64,000 nucleotides of DNA, taken from Bugula neritina (lineage: Eukaryota > Animalia > Bryozoa). This document shows positions 13,401-32,000 of the stretch, piece after piece; position 1 is the first letter of the stretch, and every line of letters begins with the position of its first letter. The DNA lies in contig CAXIUT010000183.1 in assembly GCA_964035545.1 (NCBI GenBank), forward strand, positions 1 to 64,000, in the 5' to 3' direction. The position numbers and the translations under genes were made by a program. The notes under the pieces were generated by a model. It saw nothing but the letters and a program-made list of their open reading frames with translations. It made no database searches and was not told the origin of the DNA.

Positions 13401-16400
13401 TGAAATATACTGTAACACACTGAAAAACACTGCAACATACTGAAATATACTGCAAGATACTGCAACATACCGAAATACACTTGGACATACTGAAACACAC
13501 TGCAACATACTGCATTATACTGACATACACTGGAACATATTGAAATACACTGCAACATCCTACAACATGCTGAAATACTCTGTAACATATTGAAATACAC
13601 TGCAACACATTGAAATATACTGCCACATACCGAAATATATGGTGAACTACTGAAATATACTGTAACACATTGAAAAATACTGCAACATACTGAAATACAC
13701 TGTAACATACTGAAATAAACTGCAACATACTGAAATACACTGCAACACACTGAAATACTTCGCAAAATACTACAACTTACTGAAATACACTGTAACATAT
13801 TGAAACAGACTGCAACACATTGAAATATACTGCAATGTACCGAAATATATGGTAAACTACTGAAATATACCGTAACACATTGAAATATACTGCAAGATAC
13901 TGAAATAAACTTCGACACATTGCAATATACTGTAACATACTGAACTATGCTGTAGCACACTGAGATACACTGCAACTCACTGAAATATACTGCAACATAT
14001 TGAAATACACTGCAAGATCCTACAACATGCTGAAATACACTGTAACATATTGAAACACAGTGCAACACATTGAACTATACTGCGACATACCGAAATATAT
14101 GGTAAACTAGTGAAATATACTTCAACACATTGAAAAATACTGCAACATACTGAAATACACTGTAACACACTGAAATATACTGCAACATACTGAAATACAC
14201 TGTAACATACTGAAATAAACTGCAACATACTGAAATACACTGCTACATACTGAAATATACTGCAACATACTGCAACATACTGAAATACACTGTAACATAC
14301 TGAAATACACTGCAACAAACTACAACATATTGAAATACACTGCAACACATTGAAAAATACTGCTACATACTGAAATATACTGTAACACACTGAAATATAC
14401 TGCAACATACTGAAATACACTGTAACATACTGAAATAAACTGCAACATACTGAAATACACTGCAACATCCTACAACATACTGAATTACACTGTAACATAT
14501 TGAAATACACTGCAACACATTGAAAAATACTGCAACATACCGAAATATATGGTAAACTATTGAATTATACTGTAACACATTGAAAAATACTGAAACACAC
14601 TGAAATATACTCTGACACAATGCAATATACTGTAACATACTGAAATATGCTGTAGCACACTGAAATACACTGCGACTCACTGAAATATACTGCAACATAC
14701 TGAAAAACACTGTAACATATTGAAACATACTGCAACATACTGCAACATACTGAAATACACTGTAACATACTGAAATACATTGCAAAATACTACAACATAT
14801 TGAAATACACTGCAACACATTGAAATATACTGCAACATACCTAAATATCCGGTAATATACTGAAATATACTGTAACACATTGAAAAATACTGCAACATAC
14901 TGAAATACACTGCAACCCACTGAAATACATCGCAAAAGACTACAACATACTGAAATACACTGTAACATAGTGAAATACACTGCAACACATTGAAATATAC
15001 CGCAACATACCTAAATATACGGTAATATACTGAAATATACTGTAACACATTGAAAAATACTGCAAGATACTGAAATATACTGTGACACATTGCAATATAC
15101 TGTAACATACTGAAATATGCTCAATCACACTGAAATAGACTGCAGCTCACTGAAATATACTGCAACATACTAAAATTCACTGCAGCATCCTACAACATGC
15201 TGAAATACACTGTAACATATTGAATTACACTGCAACACATTGAAATATACTGCAATATACCGAAATATATGGTAAACTATTGAAACATACTGTAACACAT
15301 TGAAAAATACTGCAAGATACTGAAATATACTGCGACACAATGCAATATACTGCAACATACTGAAATACACTGCTACATACTGAAATATACTGCAACATAC
15401 TGCAACATACTGAAATACACTGTAACATACTGAATACACTGCAACAAAATACAACATATTGAAATACACTGCAACACATTGAAATATACTGCAACATACC
15501 TAAATATACGGTAATATAGCTGAAAAAAAACTGTAACAGATTGAAAAAATCTGCAACATACTGAAATATACTGCGACACATTGCAATATACTGTAACATA
15601 CCGAAATATGCTCTAGCACACTGAAATACACTGCAACCCACTGAAATATACTGCAACATACTGAAATACACTGCAACACATTGAAATACACTGCAACATA
15701 CCAAAATAAATAGTAAACTACTGAAATATACTTTAACACATTGAAAAATACTGCAACATACTGAAATATACTGTAACACACTGAAATATACTGCAACATA
15801 CTGAAATACACTGTAACATACTGAAATATACTGCAACATACTGAAACACACTGTAACATACTGAAATACACTGCAACATACTACAACATACTGAAATACA
15901 CTGCAACAAATTGAAATATACTGAAACATACCTAAATATACGGTAATAAACCGAAATACACTGCAACCCATTGAAATATACTGCAACCTACTGAAATATA
16001 TGGTAAACTACTGAAATATACTGCGACACATTGCAATATACTGTAACATACTGAAACATGCTGTGGCACACTAAAATAGACTGCAGCTCACTGAAATATA
16101 CTGCAACATACTAAAATTCACTGCAGCATCCTACAACATGCTGAAATACACTGTAACATATTGAACTACACTGCAACACATTGAAATATACTGCAATATA
16201 CCGAAATATATGGTAAACTATTGAAACATACTGTAACACATTGAAAAATACTGCAAGATACTGAAATATACTGCGACACAATGCAATATACTGTAACATA
16301 CTGAGATACACTGTAACATTCTACAACATACTGAAATACACAGTATTATATTGAAATACACTGCAACACATTGAAATATACTGCAACATACCTAAATATA

Positions 16401-19400
16401 CGGTACTTTACTGAAATATACTGTAACACATTGAAAAATACTGCAAGAAACTGAAATATACTGCGACACATTGAAAAATACTGCAACATACTGAAATACA
16501 CTGCAACACACTGAAATACTTTGCAAAATACTACAACTTACTGAAATACACTGTAACATTATGAAACACACTGCAACACATTGAAATATACTGCAATGTA
16601 CCGAAATATATAGTAAACTACTCAATTATACTGTAACATACTGAGATATGCTGTAGCACACTGAAATACACTGCAACTCACTGAAATAAACTGCAACATA
16701 CTGAAATACACTGCAACATCCTACAACATACTGAAATACACTGTAACATATTGAAATACACTGCAACACATTGAAATATACTGCGATATACCTCAACATA
16801 CGGTAGTACACAATGAAATATACTGCAACATACCGGAATATATGGTAAACTACTGAAATATACTGTAACACATTGAAAAATACTGCAACATACTGAAATA
16901 TACTGCGACAAAATGCAATATACTGTAACATACTGAGATATGCTGTAACACACTGAAACACACTGCAACTCACTGAAAGATACTGAAATATACTGCGACA
17001 CATTGCAATATACCGTAACATACTGAAGTATGCTGTAGCAGACTGAACTACACTGCAACTCACTGAAATACACTGCAACATACTGAAATAAACTGTAACA
17101 TATTGAAACATACCGCAACATACTGCAACATACTGAAATACACTGTAACATACTGGACTACACTGCAAAATACTACAACATATTGAAATACACTGCAACA
17201 CATTGAAATATACTGCAACATACCTAAATATACGGTAATATACCGCAAAATACTGTAACACATTGAAAAATACTGTAACATACTGAAATATACTGCGACA
17301 CATTGCAATATACTGTAACATACTGAAACATGCTGTAGCACACTAAAATAGACTGCAGCTCACTGAAATATACTGCAACATACTGAAATTCACTGCAGCA
17401 TCCTACAACATGCTGAAATACACTGTAACATATTGAATTACACTGCAACACATTCAAATATACTGCAATATACCGAAATATATGGTAAACTACTGAAACA
17501 TACTGTAACACATTGAAAAATACTGCAAGATACTGAAATATACTGCGACACAATGCAATATACTGTAACATACTGAGATATGCTGTAGCACACTGAAATA
17601 CACTGCAACACACTATAATACACTGCAAAATACTACAACATACTGAATTACACTGCAATATATTGAAATACAATGCAACACATTGAACTATACTGCAACA
17701 TACCTAAATATACGGAAATATACTGAAATATACTGTAACACACTGAAAAACACTGCAACATACTGAAATATACTGCAAGATACTGCAACATACCGAAATA
17801 CACTGGGACATACTGAAACACACTGCAACATACTGCATTATACTGACATACACTGGAACATATTGAAATACACTGCAACATCCTACAACATGCTGAAATA
17901 CTCTGTAACATATTGAAATACACTGCAACACATTGAAATATACTGCCACATACCGAAATATATGGTGAACTACTGAAATATACTGTAACACATTGAAAAA
18001 TACTGCAACATACTGAAATACACTGTAACATACTGAAATAAACTGCAACATACTGAAATACACTGCAACACACTGAAATACTTCGCAAAATACTACAACT
18101 TACTGAAATACACTGTAACATATTGAAACAGACTGCAACACATTGAAATATACTGCAATGTACCGAAATATATGGTAAACTACTGAAATATACCGTAACA
18201 CATTGAAATATACTGCAAGATACTGAAATAAACTTCGACACATTGCAATATACTGTAACATACTGAACTATGCTGTAGCACACTGAGATACACTGCAACT
18301 CACTGAAATATACTGCAACATATTGAAATACACTGCAAGATCCTACAACATGCTGAAATACACTGTAACATATTGAAATACAGTGCAACACATTGAACTA
18401 TACTGCGACATACCGAAATATATGGTAAACTAGTGAAATATACTTCAACACATTGAAAAATACTGCAACATACTGAAATACACTGTAACACACTGAAATA
18501 TACTGCAACATACTGAAATACACTGTAACATACTGAAATAAACTGCAACATACTGAAATACACTGCTACATACTGAAATATACTGCAACATACTGCAACA
18601 TACTGAAATACACTGTAACATACTGAAATACACTGCAACAAACTACAACATATTGAAATACACTGCAACACATTGAAAAATACTGCTACATACTGAAATA
18701 TACTGTAACACACTGAAATATACTGCAACATACTGAAATACACTGTAACATACTGAAATAAACTGCAACATACTGAAATACACTGCAACATCCTACAACA
18801 TACTGAATTACACTGTAATATATTGAAATACACTGCAACACATTGAAAAATACTGCAACATACCGAAATATATGGTAAACTATTGAATTATACTGTAACA
18901 CATTGAAAAATACTGAAACACACTGAAATATACTCTGACACAATGCAATATACTGTAACATACTGAAATATGCTGTAGCACACTGAAATACACTGCGACT
19001 CACTGAAATATACTGCAACATACTGAAAAACACTGTAACATATTGAAACATACTGCAACATACTGCAACATACTGAAATACACTGTAACATACTGAAATA
19101 CATTGCAAAATACTACAACATATTGAAATACACTGCAACACATTGAAATATACTGCAACATACCTAAATATCCGGTAATATACTGAAATATACTGTAACA
19201 CATTGAAAAATACTGCAACATACTGAAATACACTGCAACCCACTGAAATACATCGCAAAAGACTACAACATACTGAAATACACTGTAACATAGTGAAATA
19301 CACTGCAACACATTGAAATATACCGCAACATACCTAAATATACGGTAATATACTGAAATATACTGTAACACATTGAAAAATACTGCAAGATACTGAAATA

Positions 19401-20080
19401 TACTGTGACACATTGCAATATACTGTAACATACTGAAATATGCTCAATCACACTGAAATAGACTGCAGCTCACTGAAATATACTGCAACATACTAAAATT
19501 CACTGCAGCATCCTACAACATGCTGAAATACACTGTAACATATTGAATTACACTGCAACACATTGAAATATAATGCAATATACCGAAATATATGGTAAAC
19601 TATTGAAACATACTGTAACACATTGAAAAATACTGCAAGATACTGAAATATACTGCGACACAATGCAATATACTGCAACATACTGAAATACACTGCTACA
19701 TACTGAAATATACTGCAACATACTGCAACATACTGAAATACACTGTAACATACTGAATACACTGCAACAAAATACAACATATTGAAATACACTGCAACAC
19801 ATTGAAATATACTGCAACATACCTAAATATACGGTAATATAGCTGAAAAAAAACTGTAACAGATTGAAAAAATCTGCAACATACTGAAATATACTGCGAC
19901 ACATTGCAATATACTGTAACATACCGAAATATGCTCTAGCACACTGAAATACACTGCAACCCACTGAAATATACTGCAACATACTGAAATACACTGCAAC
20001 ACATTGAAATACACTGCAACATACCAAAATAAATAGTAAACTACTGAAATATACTTTAACACATTGAAAAAAACTGCAAC
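11390..20080. repeat. 4,323-bp tandem higher-order duplication
   Basis: Constant +4323 offset between marker ORFs: 11410/15733, 11788/16111, 12303/16626, 13325/17648, 14363/18686, 15170/19493, 15500/19823. Confidence 0.9.
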
Positions 20081-23000
20081 ATACTGAAATATACTGTAAC
20101 ACACTGAAATATACTGCAACATACTGAAATACACTGTATCATACTGAAATAAACTGCAACATACTGAAATACACTGCAACATCCTACAACATACTGAAAT
20201 ACACTGTAACATATTGAAATACAGTGCAACACATTGAACTATACTGCGACATACCGAAATATATGGTAAACTAGTGAAATATACTTCAACACATTGAAAA
20301 ATACTGCAACATACTGAAATATACTGTAACACACTGAAATATACTGCAACATACTGAAATACACTGTAACATACTGAAATAAACTGCAACATACTGAAAT
20401 ACACTGCTACATACTGAAATATACTGCAACATACTGCAACATACTGCAACATACTGAAATACACTGTAACATACTGAAATACACTGCAACAAACTACAAC
20501 ATATTGAAATACACTGCAACACATTGAAATATACTGCAACATACCTAAATATATGGTAATATACCGAAAAAAAACTGTAACAGATTGAAAAATTCTGCAA
20601 CACACTGAAATAAACTGCAACACACTGAAATACAGCGCAAAATACTACATTATACTGAAATACACTGTAACATATTGCAATACACTGCAACACTTTGAAA
20701 TATACTGCAACATACCGAAATATATGGTAAACTACTAAAATATACTGTAACACTTTGAAAAATAGTGCAACACACTGAAATATACTCTGACACATTGCAA
20801 TATACTGTAACATACTGAAATATGCTGTAGCACACTGAAATACACTGCAACTCACTGAAATATACTGCAACATACTGAAATACACTGTAACATATTGAAA
20901 CATACTGCAACATACTGCAACATACTGAAATACACTGTAACATACTGAAATACATTGCAAAATACTACAACATATTGAAATACACTGTAACACATTGAAA
21001 TATACTACAACATACCTAAATATCCGGTAATATACTGAAATATACTGTAACACATTGAAAAATACTGCAACATACTGAAATACACTGCAACCCACTGAAA
21101 TACATCGCAAAATACTACAACATACTGAAATACACTGTAACATATTGAAATACACTGCAACACATTGAAATATACTGCAACCTACAGAAATATATGGTAA
21201 ACTACTGAAATATACTGTAACACATTGAAAAATACTGCAACACACTGAAACATACTGCGACACATTGCAATATACTGTAACATACTGAAACATACTGTAG
21301 CACACTGAAATAGACTGCAGCTCACTGAAATATACTGCATTATACTGAAATTCACTGCAGCATCCTACAACATGCTGAAATACACTGTAACATATTGAAA
21401 TACGCTGCAACACTTTGAAATATACTGCAACATACCGAAATATATGGTAAACTACTAAAATATACTGTAACACTCTGAAAAATAGTGCAACATACTGGAA
21501 CATACTGCGACACTTTGCAATGTACTGTAACATACTGAAATATACTGTAACACACTGAAATATACTGCAACATACTGAAATACACTGTAACATACTGAAA
21601 TAAACTGCAACATACCAAAATATATGGTAAACTACTGAAATATACTTTAACACATTGAAAAATACCGCAACATACTAAAGTATACTGTAACACACTGCAA
21701 GATACTGCAACATACCGAAATACACTGTAACATACTGAAACACACTGCAACATACTGCATTATACTGACATACACTGGAACATATTGAAATACACTGCAA
21801 CATCCTACAACATGCTGAAATACACCGTAACATATTGAAATACACTGCAACACAATGAAATATACTGCAACATACCAAAATATATGGTAAACTACTGAAA
21901 TATACTTTAACACATTGAAAAATACTGCAACATACTGAAATATACTGTAACACACTGAAATATACTGCAACATTTTGAAATACACTGTAACATACTGAAA
22001 TAAACTGCAACATACTGAAATACACTGCAACATCCTACACCATACTGAATTACACTGTAACATATTGAAATACACTGCAACACATTGAAAAATACTGCAA
22101 CATACCGAAATATATGGTAAACTATTGAATTATACTGTAACACATTGAAAAATAGTGAAACACACTGAAATATACTCTGACACAATGCAATATACTGTAA
22201 CATACTGAAATATGCTGTAGCACACTGAAATACACTGCGACTCACTGAAATATACTGCAACATACTGAAAAACACTGTAACATATTGAAACATACTGCAA
22301 CATACTGCAACATACTGAAATACACTGTAACATACTGAAATAAATTGCAAAATACTACAACATATTGAAATACACTGCAACACATTGAAATATACTGCAA
22401 CATACCTAAATATCCGGTAATATACTGAAATATACTGTAACACATTGAAAAATGCTGCAACATACTGAAATACACTGCAACCCACTGAAATACATCGCAA
22501 AAGACTACAACATACTGAAATACACTGTAACATATTGAAATACACTCCAACAAATTCAAATATACTGCAACCTATAGAAATATATGGTAAACTACTAAAA
22601 TATACTGTAACACAATGAAAAATACTGCAACATACTGAAACATAGTGCGACACATTGCAATATACTGTAACATACTGAAACATGCTGTAGCACACTGAAA
22701 TAGACTGCAGCTCACTGAAATATACTGCAACATACTGAAATACACTGCAACATCCTACAACATGCTGAAATACACTGTAACATGTTGAAATACACTGCAA
22801 CACAATGAAATATACTGCAACATACCAAAATATATAGTAAACTACTGAAATATACTTTAACACATTGAAAAATACTGCAACATACTGAAATATACTGTAA
22901 CACACTGAAATATACTGCAACATACTGAAATACACTGTAACATACTGAAAGAAACTGCAACATACTGAAATACACTGCAACATCCTACAACATACTGAAT

Positions 23001-26000
23001 TACACTGTAACATATTGAAATACACTGCAACACATTGAAAAATACTGCAACATACCGAAATATATGGTAAACTATTGAATTATACTGTAACACATTGAAA
23101 AATTTTGAAACACACTGAAATATACTCTGACACAATGCAATATACTGTAACATACTGAAGTATGCAGTAGCACACTGAAATACACTGCGACTCACTGAAA
23201 TATACTGCAACATACTGAAAAACACTGTAACATATTGAAACATACTGCAACATGCTGCAACATACTGAAATACACTGTAACATACTGAAATACATTGCAA
23301 AATACTACAACATATTGAAATACACTGCAACACATTGAAATATCCTGCAACATACCTAAATATCCGGTAATATACTGAAATATACTGTAACACATTGAAA
23401 AATATTGCAACATACTGAAATACACTGCAACCCACTGAAATACATCGCAAAAGACTACAACATACTGAAATACACTGTAACATATTGAAATACACTGCAA
23501 CACATTGAAATATACCGCACCATACCTAAATATACGGTAATATACTGAAATATACTGTAACACATTGAAAAATACTGCAAGATACTGAAATATACTGTGA
23601 CACATTGCAATATACTGTAACATACTGAAATAAGCTCAATCACACTGAAATACACTGCACCTCACTGAAATATACTGCAACATACTGAAATACACTGCAA
23701 CATCCTCCAACATACTGAAATACACTGCAGCATATTGAAAGACACTGCTAGATAATGAAATATACTGCGACACAATGCAATATACTGTAACATACTGAGA
23801 TATGCTGTAGCACACTGAAATACACTGCAACACACTATAATACACTGCAAAATACTACAACATACTGAATTACACTGCAATATATTGAAATACACTGTAA
23901 CACATTGAAATATACTACAACATACCTAAATATCCGGTAATATACTGAAATATACTGTAACACATTGAAAAATACTGCAACATACTGAAATACACTGCAA
24001 CCCACTGAAATACATCGCAAAATACTACAACATACTGAAATACACTGTAACATATTGAAATACACTGCAACACATTGAAATATACTGCAACCTACAGAAA
24101 TATATGGTAAACTACTGAAATATACTGTAACACATTGAAAAATACTGCAACACACTGAAACATACTGCGACACATTGCAATTTACTGTAACATACTGAAA
24201 CATACTGTAGCACACTGAAATAGACTGCAGCTCACTGAAATATACTGCATTATACTGAAATTCACTGCAGCATCCTACAACATGCTGAAATACACTGTAA
24301 CATATTGAAATACACCGCAACAAACTACAACATATTGAAATACACTGCAACGCATTGAAAGACACTGCAACACATTGAAATATACTGCAACATACCAAAA
24401 TATATGGTAAACTGCTGAAATATACTTTAACACATTGGAAAATACTGCAACATACTGAAATATACTGTAACACACTGAAATATACTGCAACATACTGAAA
24501 TACACTGCTAGATACCGAAATACACTGCAACATACTGCAACATTCTGAAATACACTGCAACATACCTAAATATACGGTAATATACCGAAAAAAAAACTGT
24601 AACAGATGGAAAAATTCTGCAACATACTGAAATAAACTGCAACACACTGAAATACACCGCAAAATATTACAACATACTGAAATACACTGTAACATATTGA
24701 AATACACTGCAACACTTTGAAATATACTGCAACATACCGAAATATATGGTAAACTACTAAAATATACTGTAACACTTTGAAAAATAGTGCAACATACTGA
24801 AATATACTGCGACACTTTGCAATGTACTGTAACATACTGAAATATACTGTAACACACTGAAATATACTGCAACGTACTGAAATACACTGTAACATACTGA
24901 AATAAACTGCAACATACCAAAATATATGGTAAACTACTGAAATATACTTTAACACATTGAAAAATACTGCAACATACTAAAATATACTGTAACACACTGC
25001 AAGATACTGCATTATACTGACATACACTGGAACATATTGAAATACACTGCAACATCCTACAACATGCTGAAATACACTGTAACATGTTGAAATACACTGC
25101 AACACAATGAAATATACTGCAACATACCAAAATATATGGTAAACTACTGAAATATACTTTAACACATTGAAAAATACTGCAACATACTGAAATATACTGT
25201 AACACACTGAAATATACTGCAACATACTGAAATACGCTGTAACATACTGAAATATACTGCAACATACTGAAACACACTGTAACATACTGAAATACACTGC
25301 AACATACTACAACATACTGAAATACACTGCAACAAATTGAAATATACTGAAACATACCTAAATATACGGTAATAAACCGAAATACACTGCAACCCATTGA
25401 AATATACTGCAACCTACTGAAATATATGGTAAACTACTGAAATATACTGCGACACATTGCAATATACTGTAACATACTGAAACATGCTGTGGCACACTAA
25501 AATAGACTGCAGCTCACTGAAATATACTGCAACATACTAAAATTCACTGCAGCATCCTACAACATGCTGAAATACACTGTAACATATTGAATTACACTGC
25601 AACACATTGAAATATACTGCAATATACCGAAATATATGGTAAACTATTGAAACATACTGTAACACATTGAAAAATACTGCAAGATACTGAAATATACTGC
25701 GACACAATGCAATATACTGTAACATACTGAGATACAGTGTAACATTCTACAACATACTGAAATACACAGTATTATATTGAAATACACTGCAACACATTGA
25801 AATATACTGCAACATACCTAAATATACGGTACTTTACTGAAATATACTGTAACACATTGAAAAATACTGCAAGAAACTGAAATATACTGCGACACATTGA
25901 AAAATACTGCAACATACTGAAATACACTGCAACACACTGAAATACTTTGCAAAATACTACAACTTACTGAAATACACTGTAACATTATGAAACACACTGC

Positions 26001-29000
26001 AACACATTGAAATATACTGCAATGTACCGAAATATATAGTAAACTACTCAATTATACTGTAACATACTGAGATATGCTGTAGCACACTGAAATACACTGC
26101 AACTCACTGAAATAAACTGCAACATACTGAAATACCCTGCAACATCCTACAACATACTGAAATACACTGTAACATATTGAAATACACTGCAACACATTGA
26201 AATATACTGCGATATACCTCAACATACGGTAGTACACAATGAAATATACTGCAACATACCGGAATATATGGTAAACTACTGAAATATACTGTAAAACATT
26301 GAAAAATACTGCAACATACTGAAATATACTGCGACAAAATGCAATATACTGTAACATACTGAGATATGCTGTAACACACTGAAACACACTGCAACTCACT
26401 GAAAGATACTGAAATATACTGCGACACATTGCAATATACCGTAACATACTGAAGTATGCTGTAGCAGACTGAACTACACTGCAACTCACTGAAATACACT
26501 GCAACATACTGAAATAAACTGTAACATATTGAAACATACCGCAACATACTGCAACATACTGAAATACACTGTAACATACTGGACTACACTGCAAAATACT
26601 ACAACATATTGTAATACACTGCAACACATTGAAATATACTGCAACATACCTAAATATACGGTAATATACCGCAAAATACTGTAACACATTGAAAAATACT
26701 GTAACATACTGAAATATACTGCGACACATTGCAATATACTGTAACATACTGAAACATGCTGTAGCACACTAAAATAGACTGCAGCTCACTGAAATATACT
26801 GCAACATACTGAAATTCACTGCAGCATCCTACAACATGCTGAAATACACTGTAACATATTGAAATACACTGCAACACATTCAAATATACTGCAATATACC
26901 GAAATATATGGTAAACTACTGAAACATACTGTAACACATTGAAAAATACTGCAAGATACTGAAATATACTGCGACACAATGCAATATACTGTAACATACT
27001 GAGATATGCTGTAGCACACTGAAATACACTGCAACACACTATAATACACTGCAAAATACTACAACATACTGAATTACACTGCAATATATTGAAATACAAT
27101 GCAACACATTGAACTATACTGCAACATACCTAATTATACGGAAATATACTGAAATATACTGTAACACACTGAAAAACACTGCAACATACTGAAATATACT
27201 GCAAGATACTGCAACATACCGAAATACACTGGGACATACTGAAACACACTGCAACATACTGCATTATACTGACATACACTGGAACATATTGAAATACACT
27301 GCAACATCCTACAACATGCTGAAATAATCTGTAACATATTGAAATACACTGCAACACATTGAAATATACTGCCACATACCGAAATATATGGTGAACTACT
27401 GAAATATACTGTAACACATTAAAAAATACTGCAACATACTGAAATACACTGTAACATACTGAAATAAACTGCAACATACTGAAATACACTGCAACACACT
27501 GAAATACTTCGCAAAATACTACAACTTACTGAAATACACTGTAACATATTGAAACAGACTGCAACACATTGAAATATACTGCAATGTACCGAAATATATG
27601 GTAAACTACTGAAATATACCGTAACACATTGAAAAATACTGCAAGATACTGAAATAAACTTCGACACATTGCAATATACTGTAACATACTGAACTATGCT
27701 GTAGCACACTGAGATACACTGCAACTCACTGAAATATACTGCAACATATTGAAATACACTGCAAGATCCTACAACATGCTGAAATACACTGTAACATATT
27801 GAAATACAGTGCAACACATTGAACTATACTGCGACATACCGAAATATATGGTAAACTAGTGAAATATACTTCAACACATTGAAAAATACTGCAACATACT
27901 GAAATACACTGTAACACACTGAAATATACTGCAACATACTGAAATACACTGTAACATACTGAAATAAACTGCAACATACTGAAATACACTGCTACATACT
28001 GAAATATACTGCAACATACTGCAACATACTGAAATACACTGTAACATACTGAAATACACTGCAACAAACTACAACATATTGAAATACACTGCAACACATT
28101 GAAAAATACTGCTACATACTGAAATATACTGTAACACACTGAAATATACTGCAACATACTGAAATACACTGTAACATACTGAAATAAACTGCAACATACT
28201 GAAATACACTGCAACATCCTACAACATACTGAATTACACTGTAACATATTGAAATACACTGCAACACATTGAAAAATACTGCAACATACCGAAATATATG
28301 GTAAACTATTGAATTATACTGTAACACATTGAAAAATACTGAAACACACTGAAATATACTCTGACACAATGCAATATACTGTAACATACTGAAATATGCT
28401 GTAGCACACTGAAATACACTGCGACTCACTGAAATATACTGCAACATACTGAAAAACACTGTAACATATTGAAACATACTGCAACATACTGCAACATACT
28501 GAAATACACTGTAACATACTGAAATACATTGCAAAATACTACAACATATTGAAATACACTGCAACACGTTGAAATATACTGCAACATACCTAAATATCCG
28601 GTAATATACTGAAATATACTGTAACACATTGAAAAATACTGCAACATACTGAAATACACTGCAACCCACTGAAATACATCGCAAAAGACTACAACATACT
28701 GAAATACACTGTAACATAGTGAAATACACTGCAACACATTGAAATATACCGCAACATACCTAAATATACGGTAATATACTGAAATATACTGTAACACATT
28801 GAAAAATACTGCAAGATACTGAAATATACTGTGACACATTGCAATATACTGTAACATACTGAAATATGCTCAATCACACTGAAATACACTGCACCTCACT
28901 GAAATATACTGCAACATACTGAAATACACTGCAACATCCTACAACATACTGAATTACACTGCAGCATATTGAAAGACACTGCTAGGTAATGAAATATACT

Positions 29001-32000
29001 GCAACATACCAAAATACATGGTAAACTACTGAAATATATTTTAACACATTGAAAAATACTGCAACATACTGAAATATACTGTAACACACTGAAATATACT
29101 GAAACATACTGAAATACACTGCTACATACTGAAATATACTGCAACATACTGCAACATACTGAAATACACTGTAACATACTGAATACACTGCAACAAAATA
29201 CAACATATTGAAATACACTGCAACACATTGAAATATACTGCAACATACCTAAATATACGGTAATATAGCTGAAAAAAAACGGTAACAGATTGAAAAAATC
29301 TGCAACATACTGAAATATACTGCGACACATTGCAATATACTGTAACATACCGAAATATGCTCTAGCACACTGAAATACACTGCAACCCACTGAAATATAC
29401 TGCAACATACTGAAATACACTGCAACACATTGAAATACACTGCAACATACCAAAATAAATAGTAAACTACTGAAATATACTTTAACACATTGAAAAAAAC
29501 TGCAACATACTGAAATATACTGTAACACACTGAAATATACTGCAACATACTGAAATACACTGTATCATACTGAAATAAACTGCAACATACTGAAATACAC
29601 TGCAACATCCTACAACATACTGAAATACACTGTAACATATTGAAATACAGTGCAACACATTGAACTATACTGCGACATACCGAAATATATGGTAAACTAG
29701 TGAAATATACTTCAACACATTGAAAAATACTGCAACATACTGAAATATACTGTAACACACTGAAATATACTGCAACATACTGAAATACACTGTAACATAC
29801 TGAAATAAACTGCAACATACTGAAATACACTGCTACATACTGAAATATACTGCAACATACTGCAACATACTGCAACATACTGAAATACACTGTAACATAC
29901 TGAAATACACTGCAACAAACTACAACATATTGAAATACACTGCAACACATTGAAATATACTGCAACATACCTAAATATATGGTAATATACCGAAAAAAAA
30001 CTGTAACAGATTGAAAAATTCTGCAACACACTGAAATAAACTGCAACACACTGAAATACAGCGCAAAATACTACATTATACTGAAATACACTGTAACATA
30101 TTGCAATACACTGCAACACTTTGAAATATACTGCAACATACCGAAATATATGGTAAACTACTAAAATATACTGTAACACTTTGAAAAATAGTGCAACACA
30201 CTGAAATATACTCTGACACATTGCAATATACTGTAACATACTGAAATATGCTGTAGCACACTGAAATACACTGCAACTCACTGAAATATACTGCAACATA
30301 CTGAAATACACTGTAACATATTGAAACATACTGCAACATACTGCAACATACTGAAATACACTGTAACATACTGAAATACATTGCAAAATACTACAACATA
30401 TTGAAATACACTGTAACACATTGAAATATACTACAACATACCTAAATATCCGGTAATATACTGAAATATACTGTAACACATTGAAAAATACTGCAACATA
30501 CTGAAATACACTGCAACCCACTGAAATACATCGCAAAATACTACAACATACTGAAATACACTGTAACATATTGAAATACACTGCAACACATTGAAATATA
30601 CTGCAACCTACAGAAATATATGGTAAACTACTGAAATATACTGTAACACATTGAAAAATACTGCAACACACTGAAACATACTGCGACACATTGCAATATA
30701 CTGTAACATACTGAAACATACTGTAGCACACTGAAATAGACTGCAGCTCACTGAAATATACTGCATTATACTGAAATTCACTGCAGCATCCTACAACATG
30801 CTGAAATACACTGTAACATATTGAAATACGCTGCAACACTTTGAAATATACTGCAACATACCGAAATATATGGTAAACTACTAAAATATACTGTAACACT
30901 CTGAAAAATAGTGCAACATACTGAAACATACTGCGACACTTTGCAATGTACTGTAACATACTGAAATATACTGTAACACACTGAAATATACTGCAACATA
31001 CTGAAATACACTGTAACATACTGAAATAAACTGCAACATACCAAAATATATGGTAAACTACTGAAATATACTTTAACACATTGAAAAATACCGCAACATA
31101 CTAAAGTATACTGTAACACACTGCAAGATACTGCAACATACCGAAATACACTGTAACATACTGAAACACACTGCAACATACTGCATTATACTGACATACA
31201 CTGGAACATATTGAAATACACTGCAACATCCTACAACATGCTGAAATACACTGTAACATATTGAAATACACTGCAACACAATGAAATATACTGCAACATA
31301 CCAAAATATATGGTAAACTACTGAAATATACTTTAACACATTGAAAAATACTGCAACATACTGAAATATACTGTAACACACTGAAATATACTGCAACATA
31401 CTGAAATACACTGTAACATACTGAAAAAAACTGCAACATACTGAAATACACTGCAACATCCTACACCATACTGAATTACACTGTAACATATTGAAATACA
31501 CTGCAACACATTGAAAAATACTGCAACATACCGAAATATATGGTAAACTATTGAATTATACTGTAACACATTGAAAAATAGTGAAACACACTGAAATATA
31601 CTCTGACACAATGCAATATACTGTAACATACTGAAATATGCTGTAGCACACTGAAATACACTGCGACTCACTGAAATATACTGCAACATACTGAAAAACA
31701 CTGTAACATATTGAAACATACTGCAACATACTGCAACATACTGAAATACACTGTAACATACTGAAATAAATTGCAAAATACTACAACATATTGAAATACA
31801 CTGCAACACATTGAAATATACTGCAACATACCTAAATATCCGGTAATATACTGAAATATACTGTAACACATTGAAAAATGCTGCAACATACTGAAATACA
31901 CTGCAACCCACTGAAATACATCGCAAAAGACTACAACATACTGAAATACACTGTAACATATTGAAATACACTCCAACAAATTCAAATATACTGCAACCTA

